Shown piece by piece: positions 55,421 to 64,000 of a stretch of DNA of 64,000 nucleotides. The translations under genes and the position numbers were made by a program. Numbering within the stretch: position 1 is the stretch's first letter; every line of letters starts with the position of its first letter. The notes under the pieces are model-generated. The model made no database searches. It was not told where the DNA came from and worked only from the letters and a program-made list of their open reading frames with translations. Source of the DNA: a virus. The DNA is taken from the IMG/VR virus record IMGVR_UViG_3300044608_001826, positions 1 to 64,000 of that record; one strand, written 5' to 3'.

Positions 55421-56323
55421 ATGGCATTCCCCATTTTAGGAGCTATTGGTGCTGCGGGAACTCTTGCTGGCGGAGTTGGCTCTTTAATCGGCGCAACCCG
55501 TGATCCCAGTGCGCCGCAACAGATGGGGTTGGATCCTGGCATGGCCGCCCTATACACTGCCCAACTCGCTCCTGGTAATACTCGACTCACTGCCGCTGCT
55601 CAGGAGCTTGCTGCCGCAACAGGTTTATACGGTGGCACTGAAACGATTCTCAGTAAAATCCTCGGTCAGTCCGCTTACGATCGATTCAAAATAGCTGCCC
55701 AAAAAGATCAGCTTTCTGCGAATCTTGCTGCTGCAATTCCTGCTCAGTATGCTTCGGAGACCATTGCAAATTTAGGACTTCAACAGAAGTCAAACCTCGC
55801 GATGCAGCTCTTAGGAGCGCAGACCGCAGCTGATCTTACGAAGGCTTACGCGGCCACGCAGAGTCAGATCCAAGATCGCGTTCTACAGGGTGAGACATCT
55901 CTGTTGACTCCCGCTGTAGAGATGTCCGCAAAGATGAACCAAGATGCTGCAGCCAACCGTAACCTATTGGCTCAGAGTATCGCAAGTTCAAACTTAGATA
56001 TTCGTAAAGCGCAACAAAATACGTTTAACGAGTTGGCGTTGCAACGCAGCAAAATCGGCGGAGAAAGTAAGCTTCAGCGAGAGCAATTCGGCGGACAACT
56101 TGCCGCTGATGAACAGCTTACTCGCGGTAAACTTGCATTGACTCAGCAAGAAACAGAAGGCAGACGAGTTCTCCAGCGTGAAAAAGTTGGCGGGGAACTT
56201 GCTCTGTCACAACAAAGCTACGAAAGTCAGTCTGCTCTGGCTCGTCAGCGTTTTGCCCAGGAGATGGCAGCACGTCAGTATGGTGCTGGAATGGCTATGG
56301 CCGGGGTTGGAGCTTTTGCGTGA
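55421..56323 (+). CDS. probable pilot/ejection protein
   Basis: MAFPILGAIGAAGTLAGGVGSLIG N-terminus and 11-aa-period Q..GG.LA repeats, as in pilot proteins. Confidence 0.65.
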   Translation: MAFPILGAIGAAGTLAGGVGSLIGATRDPSAPQQMGLDPGMAALYTAQLAPGNTRLTAAAQELAAATGLYGGTETILSKILGQSAYDRFKIAAQKDQLSANLAAAIPAQYASETIANLGLQQKSNLAMQLLGAQTAADLTKAYAATQSQIQDRVLQGETSLLTPAVEMSAKMNQDAAANRNLLAQSIASSNLDIRKAQQNTFNELALQRSKIGGESKLQREQFGGQLAADEQLTRGKLALTQQETEGRRVLQREKVGGELALSQQSYESQSALARQRFAQEMAARQYGAGMAMAGVGAFA

Positions 56324-56850
56324 TCAAGTCTCAAATTGGGGATTCAACTACAGTCGCTAGTTGGCTGGGTTCTTTAGATAAGTCACAAAAGGACGCTTTT
56401 GTCCATTACGCAAAGAACTCCACGAGTGATATCGAAGCTTACTTGTATGCTCGGTTTTTAACTCCGGGTTACCAAGGAAGCATCTCTGATCTCACCGCGT
56501 GGATCCAAGAGAAGTATCCCAAGAACGATCTTCGTCGTCTTCTTTTAATTGAGATCGACGGGCTTCATGACGATATTAAAAACGTTAGGGATATGACCCA
56601 GACGGGTATGCTAGATCATGCCACGGCGGCGACAAAAATTTCCGCCTTGCAGAAAGAGTTACGCTCTCACATCCAGGCAGTTCGATCCATTACCGATGGT
56701 CTAGATCGGCGCGGGTTGCTCTTGGCGGGGGCTGACCGTTGTATCCGTGAGTTAATTCAAACTCTGGACGGTCAGCCTACGCTTCAAAACTTCATTGAAG
56801 AAGCTTCGATTCTGGTGTGGAGCACCATCGAGCGCGAAGAGAAAGCCTGA
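56320..56850 (+). CDS. helical hypothetical protein (terminase small subunit candidate)
   Basis: 176 aa, helical, same strand as and near terL; no diagnostic motif. Confidence 0.35.
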   Translation: MIKSQIGDSTTVASWLGSLDKSQKDAFVHYAKNSTSDIEAYLYARFLTPGYQGSISDLTAWIQEKYPKNDLRRLLLIEIDGLHDDIKNVRDMTQTGMLDHATAATKISALQKELRSHIQAVRSITDGLDRRGLLLAGADRCIRELIQTLDGQPTLQNFIEEASILVWSTIEREEKA

Positions 56851-57933
56851 TCAGGCGCTCATCGGTTCAAGCAAGCGCATGATCGATTCGAGCGGGCAGC
56901 GGAAGATACCCATAAACGCATCGTTAACACCCAAACTCATAACCAACTCAGTGTTTTCTATGTAAGCCCCGAAGGGGAGAAGCACTGCAGGCTGGTTAGA
57001 TACGGGATTACCGGCGTAATCTGTCCAGTGAATAAGGCGATCGTTCAGGGACCCTGAGAACAAGGGCCTCTTGATCACGTGGGTTACCTTCGTAAACTTC
57101 TTATCAATCATGTAAGCACTAAGGTGATACTGCAGGTACGTAAAGCCCTGCGGTGTAGACACCATATGCTTCCAATGGTAGAAGATTAGGTAGGCATACC
57201 CCAGATCAATAGGTGCTAGTGAGTTAAACGTTGGGGTGCCAAATGTTACTTCATCTAAAGCACTCGTATCGATTGTGATCTTTTCGCTCTTCTCGCATTC
57301 AAAGACCAGGGGCCTTGTCGAATACAGACAGCGAAGTTCGTCTTTGTGCGTAAAGAAGCACCAGTTTTTCTCAGCTTCTTTCTTCTCTAGGTTTTTGCCG
57401 ATGGGCGGGATAGCAGCGCTTACTGCATCACCCTTCTCATCGACGTGGCAAACAACAATCTTAGGAACGTCGAAGAGTTTTGCGCCCCCTTTGTTGTACT
57501 GACTTGCGTACGTAGAGCCAACAAACTGAACGTAGAGTTCGCTGTCCGGACCTACGAATAAGCGAGGATCTTCGTAGCTCAATCGATGTTTGTTTGGCCT
57601 AAGTGGCTTAGTCCCCAAGATCGTTTTGTCGTCATGAAGAAGACCGATCTGGATATTTGTCGGTGTGTTATTTAGATAAAAGTAATTGTTGTCGTATCGA
57701 AAGCCGAATGGCTCTGGCTGTGATCGCCACGCGATGTAGGTTTTGTCTTTGTGCTTGACGATAGAAGGACTGAAGTTAGCTACAGATCCTGTAGGAAGTC
57801 CATGCAAAATCCGAGTGAATTTGCCGCCAAGTTTTTCAGCTTGTGTATATACGTCTGGTATATCCTCCTGAGGAGTTTTTACAGGGAACACCACGTCAGA
57901 GTACGCGTGGTAAAAGCGGTTAGTTACTTGCAT
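56851..57933 (-). CDS. GH130-like 5-bladed beta-propeller (glycosidase/phosphorylase)
   Basis: NFSPSIV, EDPRLF, EKNW.FF, LP.G......S.G.ND. Confidence 0.7.
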   Translation of the reverse strand: MQVTNRFYHAYSDVVFPVKTPQEDIPDVYTQAEKLGGKFTRILHGLPTGSVANFSPSIVKHKDKTYIAWRSQPEPFGFRYDNNYFYLNNTPTNIQIGLLHDDKTILGTKPLRPNKHRLSYEDPRLFVGPDSELYVQFVGSTYASQYNKGGAKLFDVPKIVVCHVDEKGDAVSAAIPPIGKNLEKKEAEKNWCFFTHKDELRCLYSTRPLVFECEKSEKITIDTSALDEVTFGTPTFNSLAPIDLGYAYLIFYHWKHMVSTPQGFTYLQYHLSAYMIDKKFTKVTHVIKRPLFSGSLNDRLIHWTDYAGNPVSNQPAVLLPFGAYIENTELVMSLGVNDAFMGIFRCPLESIMRLLEPMSA

Positions 57934-57937
57934 CGGA

Positions 57938-59110
57938 TCACTTCAGGAGGTCTTTGACAGCTTGACTAAAACCGGCGGACACATTTTCCCAGCGGTACTC
58001 GGGTCGTTGGGTCACGGCATAGCAGCACCCTGCAATCTCTTCGTAGAGATCCTTGTCGTTGTACAAGTCGTTGAGGTTTTTGACTGTGTTATCGATGTCA
58101 ACCAAACCGCGTACGACGCCCAGGTCTTTGTCGGTCACCCAGGCAGCGATATCAGTTAGAAGTGCGGCTTCGTTCCAAATGTCTGCGCACGCCGTGTGGT
58201 CAGGAACAACCTGCGGTTTACGGCAGCTCGCGTGTTCAAAAGAAACGAGACCCCAGCCTTCACCATCTGCCGTGTTAATACCCACGTCGCAAGCGTTGTA
58301 GACCAGATTTAGTAGTTCGTCTGGAGGGGCATCTGTGTAGTTAATGTTATTAGATGTCAGTGCTAAACGTTGAGTGTCGTCGAGACCATGCCGTTGCATC
58401 TCGCGTTTGAAGAGCGGCAGGACATCCCAGCCCATATCTTTAACCCCCATGTGGAGGTACAACATGGTGTCGGGTTTATCGACAGCAAATTTCGCAAAAG
58501 CTTGGATCGTCAAATCGATCCGTTTGCGAGGTTGATTACGGTTGGCGTTTAGAACGATGAACTTATCTTTAGGAAGTCCGAGTTTTTCGCGAGCTTCATC
58601 ACGAGGCATCGGCGCAAACTTAGACGTATCCACGCCGTGCGGAAGGACGCCCAACCGTGTGGCTTGAATCCCGTGCTCAAGGATTCGGTTTGCGCAGTTG
58701 ACGGTGAAAGTGATTGCCATATCCCAGTGAGGGATATTCCGAAGCATGTCGGGGTAGTACCCTTCGCTGTCGATTGGGAAGTACGCAATAAATTTAAATT
58801 TGTGCGTTGCCTTTAGGAACTGGCAGCGCTCCCAGACTTGGTTGCAGATCCAAATGTCCTGCAGACAGATAAAAACGTCGGGTTTTACTTTCTCGATAAT
58901 CTCGGGGATTCGGGGGATACCGAACCGATCTCCGCAGTGGATCGTGGAGGCAGGGTAGACCTTAAATGGGTAATCGTGCGGATCTCCTGTAGCGTTGATA
59001 CCAATAACGGTAACTTCGTGCTCTTTGGAGAGATGGTCTAAGATACTATGTGTAACTCTAGCGAATCCTGTGTTACAGCAGGCATCTCCATACCAGAGAA
59101 TTTTTGCCAT
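57938..59110 (-). CDS. GT-B glycosyltransferase (GT4-like)
   Basis: TGFARV, PHGVD, NRNQPRKR, YNACDVG....GEGWGL...E. Confidence 0.9.
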   Translation of the reverse strand: MAKILWYGDACCNTGFARVTHSILDHLSKEHEVTVIGINATGDPHDYPFKVYPASTIHCGDRFGIPRIPEIIEKVKPDVFICLQDIWICNQVWERCQFLKATHKFKFIAYFPIDSEGYYPDMLRNIPHWDMAITFTVNCANRILEHGIQATRLGVLPHGVDTSKFAPMPRDEAREKLGLPKDKFIVLNANRNQPRKRIDLTIQAFAKFAVDKPDTMLYLHMGVKDMGWDVLPLFKREMQRHGLDDTQRLALTSNNINYTDAPPDELLNLVYNACDVGINTADGEGWGLVSFEHASCRKPQVVPDHTACADIWNEAALLTDIAAWVTDKDLGVVRGLVDIDNTVKNLNDLYNDKDLYEEIAGCCYAVTQRPEYRWENVSAGFSQAVKDLLK

Positions 59111-59164
59111 CCGTGCGATTAGAGTTGATTGCTAGTAATATAACTGCACTGTCAACTTACTGAC

Positions 59165-60685
59165 ATGCCGAGTCGGGAAACATTTGCGTATAGGCGTGCT
59201 GCTCAATTGCGTGCACTTAAGGCGTCTGAGGAGAACGATACCAACGTTAATACTATATACAGCAAGGCAGCGGACGATTTCCACACGTTTTGTACACTGC
59301 TAGATAAGCCTCCAGCGAAGCACATGCTGGAGTGGCATCGGCACTTGATCACAGGGGAGTCAAATAAATACCTATTAGATATCGCTGGGCCAAACCTTGA
59401 TATTCTGGCTCCTCGGGGTAGCGCTAAGTCCACGGCGCTCAACATGTTTACCGCGTGGATTATTGGGCGCCACACGACGGCTAGGTTACCCCTACAAATT
59501 ATTTACGTTTCGTACAACATCGCGACCGCTATACCTAAGAGTCGCATTATCCGTCAGATCATCGATTCGTCGGAATTCCGCAAGGTGTTCCCACGGGTGC
59601 GGTTGCGGGCGGGTATGCAGTCTGATATTGGTTGGTCTATCGACTTCGATTTTGCGGGCATTCCCCGCGTGGGCGATGAGGAATTCACCCTACGTGCTGC
59701 AGGTCTGCGAGGTTCGATTACGTCGAAACGTGCGCACCTCGTGATTGTGGATGACCCTATTAAGTCGAGTGCGGATATTCGAAATCCCGCTATTAGGGAT
59801 GAGATGAACAATAACTGGTCCTCGGTTATCGCGCCGATTATCTTCGAAGGTGGTCGATCCATCTGTCTGGGTACTCGATTCCACCCGCTGGACATTCATA
59901 AGACGATGTTCGTGCCGGAAAAGGGGTGGAAGCAAGTAACGCAAGAAGCTATTACGTACGACTCTCACGGCAATCCGGTCAGCTATTGGCCAGAGCAGTG
60001 GTCGACAGAGTATTTGCTTCAACAGAAAGAGCTGGATCCGGTTGCGTTCGCGTTCCAGTACCAGCAGCAACCTGTTATGACATCTGATCTGGTTGTGTCG
60101 CCAGATCTCCTTATTAAGGGTGAAGTCGTTACTGAGTTCGATACGCTCGCCGTGGGCATCGACTTATCGGCTAGTAAGAACGAAACGAGCGACTACACCG
60201 CGTTCGTTTTGGGTGGGCGCTTAAAGGACAAGTACTACATCATCGATTCACATCAGTGCCGCTCGATTGGCAACTTGGAGAAGATCGATATGTTGTGCGA
60301 TATGTTGCTGGAATGGGGGATTCTGACGCAGCACGATAATCAGTTCCTGCCGACGTATTCGACTGTGACCCTCGTGGTGGAATCTGTTGCGTACCAAGCA
60401 TCGCTAGCGGCAGATCTTCGACGGGTCTTGGTGAATGAGCGTGAACTCGGGAACCTCCATATCCACGAGGTCAAGGGTTTCAGGGGGGATAAGGTTGCTC
60501 GTTTTAGGGGGACGTTGGGTTTGTTGGAAAACAAGAAGATTATCTTTAATAAGTACCGGAAGTTTGACGCATTATTTGAGCAGCTGATCAACGTTGGCTC
60601 TACAGCGCACGATGATTTGTTAGACGCATATACTTGGCTTATTCAGTTCCTACAGCGACGCGGGGAGTTTACTATCGAATATTGA
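59165..60685 (+). CDS. terL: terminase large subunit
   Basis: APRGSAKS Walker A, VIVDDP Walker B, GTRFH..D, QYQQ.P, GIDLS....DYTA, HDDLLDA nuclease. Confidence 0.93.
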   Translation: MPSRETFAYRRAAQLRALKASEENDTNVNTIYSKAADDFHTFCTLLDKPPAKHMLEWHRHLITGESNKYLLDIAGPNLDILAPRGSAKSTALNMFTAWIIGRHTTARLPLQIIYVSYNIATAIPKSRIIRQIIDSSEFRKVFPRVRLRAGMQSDIGWSIDFDFAGIPRVGDEEFTLRAAGLRGSITSKRAHLVIVDDPIKSSADIRNPAIRDEMNNNWSSVIAPIIFEGGRSICLGTRFHPLDIHKTMFVPEKGWKQVTQEAITYDSHGNPVSYWPEQWSTEYLLQQKELDPVAFAFQYQQQPVMTSDLVVSPDLLIKGEVVTEFDTLAVGIDLSASKNETSDYTAFVLGGRLKDKYYIIDSHQCRSIGNLEKIDMLCDMLLEWGILTQHDNQFLPTYSTVTLVVESVAYQASLAADLRRVLVNERELGNLHIHEVKGFRGDKVARFRGTLGLLENKKIIFNKYRKFDALFEQLINVGSTAHDDLLDAYTWLIQFLQRRGEFTIEY

Positions 60686-60753
60686 GAAGAGTATTTCTGC
60701 CACTGTGGCGGCACTAGAGTGCAAAAAGTCTCTCGGCTCGTCCGAGCTTTATC

Positions 60754-61626
60754 ATGTCTAAAAAGATTTGGGTTGCCATAACCGCGCATGATCCGCTGCG
60801 ACGGATTGATCCTCTTATTAATGTCTTAACCGAATATTCTCGATTTTTTCACGAAGTCTCTGTTAATATTTATGTTAACTACGAAGCTCAAGAGGACGTT
60901 TCCACGCTGGAATCGCTCTTCGAGCAGTTCGATACGTTAGAAATAAACGTAAAAGTCGCGTCTCCGGAGTACAAAAATTGGTATCTAACTTGGGCACATA
61001 AGCACGATTTGATGGCGGCGGTTCTTAACCGCGCCGCAGATTTTTATATTTACCAGGAAAATGATATCTATATAACTAGCGAAAACTTTAATTATTATCG
61101 TAAGTGGAAACCAGTTTTAAGTAAGTATGGATTAGAGCCAGGTTTTGGGCTTTATGAAGAGTATGACAATAAGCGTGTTTTAATCGGTAATTACAATCAA
61201 TGGTCTCTAACGAAGGAAACCCCGAACGTTTGGCATCACTATGGATTTAAAGTCCCCAAAATCCTCGTGGTGGATCATGAGATTGACTTCTTCGTCCAAC
61301 TCGGAAGTCCTTATTACTGCGGGATGATTCTGGATCAAGTGGATGCTGAGATCTATATTCGATCAGACAGCTGCCATCCAGAACGGAGCTATCCGAAAAC
61401 GGGAATTCGTAACTGGCCTATTGCAGATAGAAGCTCAATGGGACTCGCTTTTGAGCGACTCCCTAGTGGTTATGAACATCGTCGTTGTGTTCCTGTCCAT
61501 AGGAAAAACGGAGTTTATGAGATTCTTCCTTATGGTTTGATTAAACATGATGACAATAAATACTCCAAGAATTTAAAGAAACAACATGGAAATCTTTTAG
61601 ACTTAAAGGAGATGCTCATCCTTTAA
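60754..61626 (+). CDS. putative glycosyltransferase-like protein
   Basis: L.W.HK....DFYIYQENDI DxD-like motif; glycan-gene context. Confidence 0.5.
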   Translation: MSKKIWVAITAHDPLRRIDPLINVLTEYSRFFHEVSVNIYVNYEAQEDVSTLESLFEQFDTLEINVKVASPEYKNWYLTWAHKHDLMAAVLNRAADFYIYQENDIYITSENFNYYRKWKPVLSKYGLEPGFGLYEEYDNKRVLIGNYNQWSLTKETPNVWHHYGFKVPKILVVDHEIDFFVQLGSPYYCGMILDQVDAEIYIRSDSCHPERSYPKTGIRNWPIADRSSMGLAFERLPSGYEHRRCVPVHRKNGVYEILPYGLIKHDDNKYSKNLKKQHGNLLDLKEMLIL

Positions 61627-61747
61627 TCCGTCATGGCCGCACGTGGTGCTGAATATGTGCACGTGTGCTATATTCTGTCCGGAAAAAATTATTGTCAGAC
61701 TCTTCACCGATCTGACGCGTATCGACTGAGGAATTTCTTAGTACAGC

Positions 61748-61990
61748 ATGGCGGAACAATCTACTGGTTTAACCCTGGGTGAGCCTGATCCCATTCGACC
61801 TAATTATTACGAAAAGAATGGTTTACAGTGCTATGATGCGCAGTTAGCTTCCGTAGGCAAATCAAAATTTCAAGGTTATCTTGAGTGTTGCATCTATAAG
61901 TATTTGTGGCGGTGGGAAGACAAAAACGGAAAGCAAGATCTCGAAAAAGCTGCCGAATATCTGAGTAAACTAATAGAAACCCTCGATTGA
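61748..61990 (+). CDS. DUF3310 (SaV-like) protein
   Basis: P.YY...G.QC.DA, KYLWRW..KNG..DL.KA..YL..LI. Confidence 0.88.
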   Translation: MAEQSTGLTLGEPDPIRPNYYEKNGLQCYDAQLASVGKSKFQGYLECCIYKYLWRWEDKNGKQDLEKAAEYLSKLIETLD

Positions 61991-61991
61991 T

Positions 61992-62279
61992 ATGGACGTT
62001 AGAGCGTTTGGTTCCGTTTACGCGCAAACTGGCGCACTTCCCTACACCAGTGGGTATTTTATTAACCCCGCAAGTGGTACTAAAAACTTCCCCGCTTGCC
62101 GGGCAATTTATATTCCAGCTAAACCAAACAAAGATCCTGGGATCGTTGTAGGGGAGTTAGCAGATATGAGGGGGCAGGTAATCGTTGTCGAAAACATAGC
62201 AGGAGATCAGATTTATCCGGTCTCTATGACAATGGTTAGCGGGTCATCCACCGTCGCAGGCATTATTGCTCTCTACTGA
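61992..62279 (+). CDS. small virion/decoration-type protein
   Basis: CRAIY...G...PV.......T..GIIALY terminal motif. Confidence 0.55.
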   Translation: MDVRAFGSVYAQTGALPYTSGYFINPASGTKNFPACRAIYIPAKPNKDPGIVVGELADMRGQVIVVENIAGDQIYPVSMTMVSGSSTVAGIIALY

Positions 62280-62506
62280 TGTCTGAAATCGCTAAAAAAA
62301 GAGACCCCGAGAAGTGGGCACGGGCAAAAGCTAAAGCCCGCGCAAAACTCGGTGGTCACAGTGCCCGAGCGATGCAGCTCGCGACTAAGTACTATAAAGA
62401 TATGGGAGGAACTTACGCGGGTAAGAAATCTTCCTCTAACCGTCTCTCACGTTGGGGCAAGGAAGACTGGCAAACGCGTGAAGAGTACGAAAAAAACAAG
62501 GACTAA
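62279..62506 (+). CDS. DUF5872-like protein, N-terminal part
   Basis: HSARA.QLA...YK..GG.Y.G.K.....L..W.KE.WQTREEY. Confidence 0.6.
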   Translation: MSEIAKKRDPEKWARAKAKARAKLGGHSARAMQLATKYYKDMGGTYAGKKSSSNRLSRWGKEDWQTREEYEKNKD

Positions 62507-62511
62507 AACCC

Positions 62512-62730
62512 ATGAACGCTGAAGATCTTATCTCCGGGTTAACGGGGTACCTTTCATCCAAGTCTGGCTTCGGGTCTAATCTGCCTGAATACAAAGATAT
62601 TTATAGTGAGTTAGGTAAGTCCCGTCAGTATGACATCCTGACGGCTCTCGCTGACCCTATGAAGAGCAACCTTCTGCGTCAGGCCGCAATCTTACGCGGT
62701 ATTACTCCCGAAGATATCACCATTGGCTGA
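62512..62730 (+). CDS. hypothetical protein
   Basis: Coupled ORF. Confidence 0.55.
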   Translation: MNAEDLISGLTGYLSSKSGFGSNLPEYKDIYSELGKSRQYDILTALADPMKSNLLRQAAILRGITPEDITIG

Positions 62731-62944
62731 CCTCGCTCGCGAAAAAGGACGTACCGAAAGGTATTTACCACGTCGAGCGTGGGCGTCCTTATCCCCTGAA
62801 GAACGGAAAGCGACTGATGATGCTAAGAAAGAGGCAACTAAAGGGGACAAACCTGTAAATACTCGCGTTCCCAATACGGAAAAAGCTCAACGTGCTCGCC
62901 GTAAGGCTTCTGAATACCTAAAAAGGAGCAAAAATAATGGCTAG
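62723..62944 (+). CDS. DUF5872-like protein, C-terminal part
   Basis: T.RYLP..AWASLS.EER..TD..K....V.NTEKA.RA. Confidence 0.6.
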   Translation: MADLAREKGRTERYLPRRAWASLSPEERKATDDAKKEATKGDKPVNTRVPNTEKAQRARRKASEYLKRSKNNG

Positions 62945-63260
62945 TTTCGATCCTTCATCTAGTCTTGCTCGCTCTTTAGCTCGTCGTTTTAACACGGAAG
63001 AGGGTGAAGCGCTCTCGGAAACGGAAAAGGATCAATCTGGGATTGGAAAAATCTCGGATTTCTCCCGGATGGATGAAAGCACATTCCGTGGAGTGGTCCC
63101 ACCTACGCTCAACACTGCTTCTGAGCCCTCATTTACTCCTTATGATGTAGAGAGCACAAAAGAAGATTTACTGGAGGAAGCTCGTGCTCGCAAAACAGCT
63201 ACGGAAACCCCTCTGATTATTCGTGCGGGAGGGGGTAGAAACCCTGCAGTAAAGGCTTAG
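62937..63260 (+). CDS. hypothetical protein
   Basis: Overlaps the upstream stop. Confidence 0.55.
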   Translation: MASFDPSSSLARSLARRFNTEEGEALSETEKDQSGIGKISDFSRMDESTFRGVVPPTLNTASEPSFTPYDVESTKEDLLEEARARKTATETPLIIRAGGGRNPAVKA

Positions 63261-63286
63261 TATGCTGACAGCCTTTTTATCACCAC

Positions 63287-64000
63287 ATGCTTTTTGACTG
63301 CTTTTTATACTTTGATGAAAAAGAGCTTCTAGAGCTTCGAATCAACATTTTAAAAGATATTGTAGATGGTTTTATTATTACAGATGGTAACAGAACGTTT
63401 AAAGGTGATCCTAAACCCTTTACGTGCGTTGAAACGCTGAAGGAATTAGGGATTTCCGACGAGAATATCCAGGTTCTCCACGTAGAACTTCCTTCTAAGG
63501 AGGAGATCGCGAATCCTTGGGCTCGTGAATATGCTCAGCGAGATGCTCTAGGCGTCGGGATGCGCATGTGTCCCCCAGATTCCGTCTTTTTCTTTAGTGA
63601 TGTAGACGAAATCCCTCGTCCGGAGTCTCTTCTGCAGGCCGTGGACCTCGCAAAAGCGGATTCCAAGCGTTGCGTTCGTTTGTCGATGCCCATGTTCTAT
63701 GGGCGAGGTGATCTACGTGTTCGTGATCCGAAAGGAGATGGTACAAAAGCCCCAGATAACTGGACTTGTGGCACCATCGTGCTTCATGAGCATCTAGAAA
63801 TGACTCCTTCCCAGATTCGAATGAACCCCAACGATCTTGTCGTTGGTGATTGCGACGCTGGTTGGCATTTTTCTTGGATGGGCGACTCTGAGCGCATGAA
63901 GCGTAAGGTAACTTCCTTCTCCCATTGCTTTGACGATGTTCCTAATGCCGTAGCACCTTGCGATAGTGCAGATATGCTTCAGCATTTAGATAACTACAAG
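63287..64000 (+). CDS. GT17-like glycosyltransferase (partial; not in ORF track)
   Basis: MLFDCFLYFDEKELLELR...VD.FII...N.TF.G..K, RE..QR, SDVDEIP, AGWHFSWMG; frame stays open to the window end. Confidence 0.88.
   Translation, partial: MLFDCFLYFDEKELLELRINILKDIVDGFIITDGNRTFKGDPKPFTCVETLKELGISDENIQVLHVELPSKEEIANPWAREYAQRDALGVGMRMCPPDSVFFFSDVDEIPRPESLLQAVDLAKADSKRCVRLSMPMFYGRGDLRVRDPKGDGTKAPDNWTCGTIVLHEHLEMTPSQIRMNPNDLVVGDCDAGWHFSWMGDSERMKRKVTSFSHCFDDVPNAVAPCDSADMLQHLDNYK

Noticed and set aside
1-64000. Stop-codon reassignment, introns/inteins, or prophage integration
   Set aside because: Core genes (polA, primase, terL, thyX) are uninterrupted under code 11 and of normal length; no integrase or host chromosomal genes seen

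Overview
This window is 64 kb of a tailed dsDNA bacteriophage genome, most likely a non-T4 cyanophage infecting picocyanobacteria. The host call rests on an NblA-like gene, a DUF4278-like peptide, cyanobacterial-type boxA sequences and small gene families typical of cyanophages. Layout: 1-11.3 kb, mostly + strand, tail/virion proteins, GT47, SpeD, HNH nucleases, lysis genes and ThyX. 11.4-37.1 kb is one long minus-strand block with a primase-helicase, PD-(D/E)XK nuclease, SSB-like proteins, family A DNA polymerase, vWA + MoxR AAA + DUF3150-like trio and about 25 small early-type genes. 37.1-38.2 kb is a structured non-coding switch region. 38.2-64 kb, mostly + strand, holds two tRNAs, a GC-rich array of modular paralogous mini-genes, dCMP deaminase, glycosyl- and methyltransferases, probable internal virion proteins and the terminase large subunit. 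I saw no CRISPR array, integrase, reverse transcriptase, RNA polymerase, capsid or portal gene. The most notable signals are: (i) Ser-Gly-rich virion proteins alongside a large glycan-enzyme set, (ii) a mini-gene cassette array with shared junction sequences, (iii) rrn-type boxA sites with an anti-boxA sequence in the early leader, (iv) three tRNA-like RNAs with aberrant anticodon arms, and (v) a DNA methyltransferase homologue lacking its catalytic motifs. All family assignments come from motif recognition by eye, not database searches.
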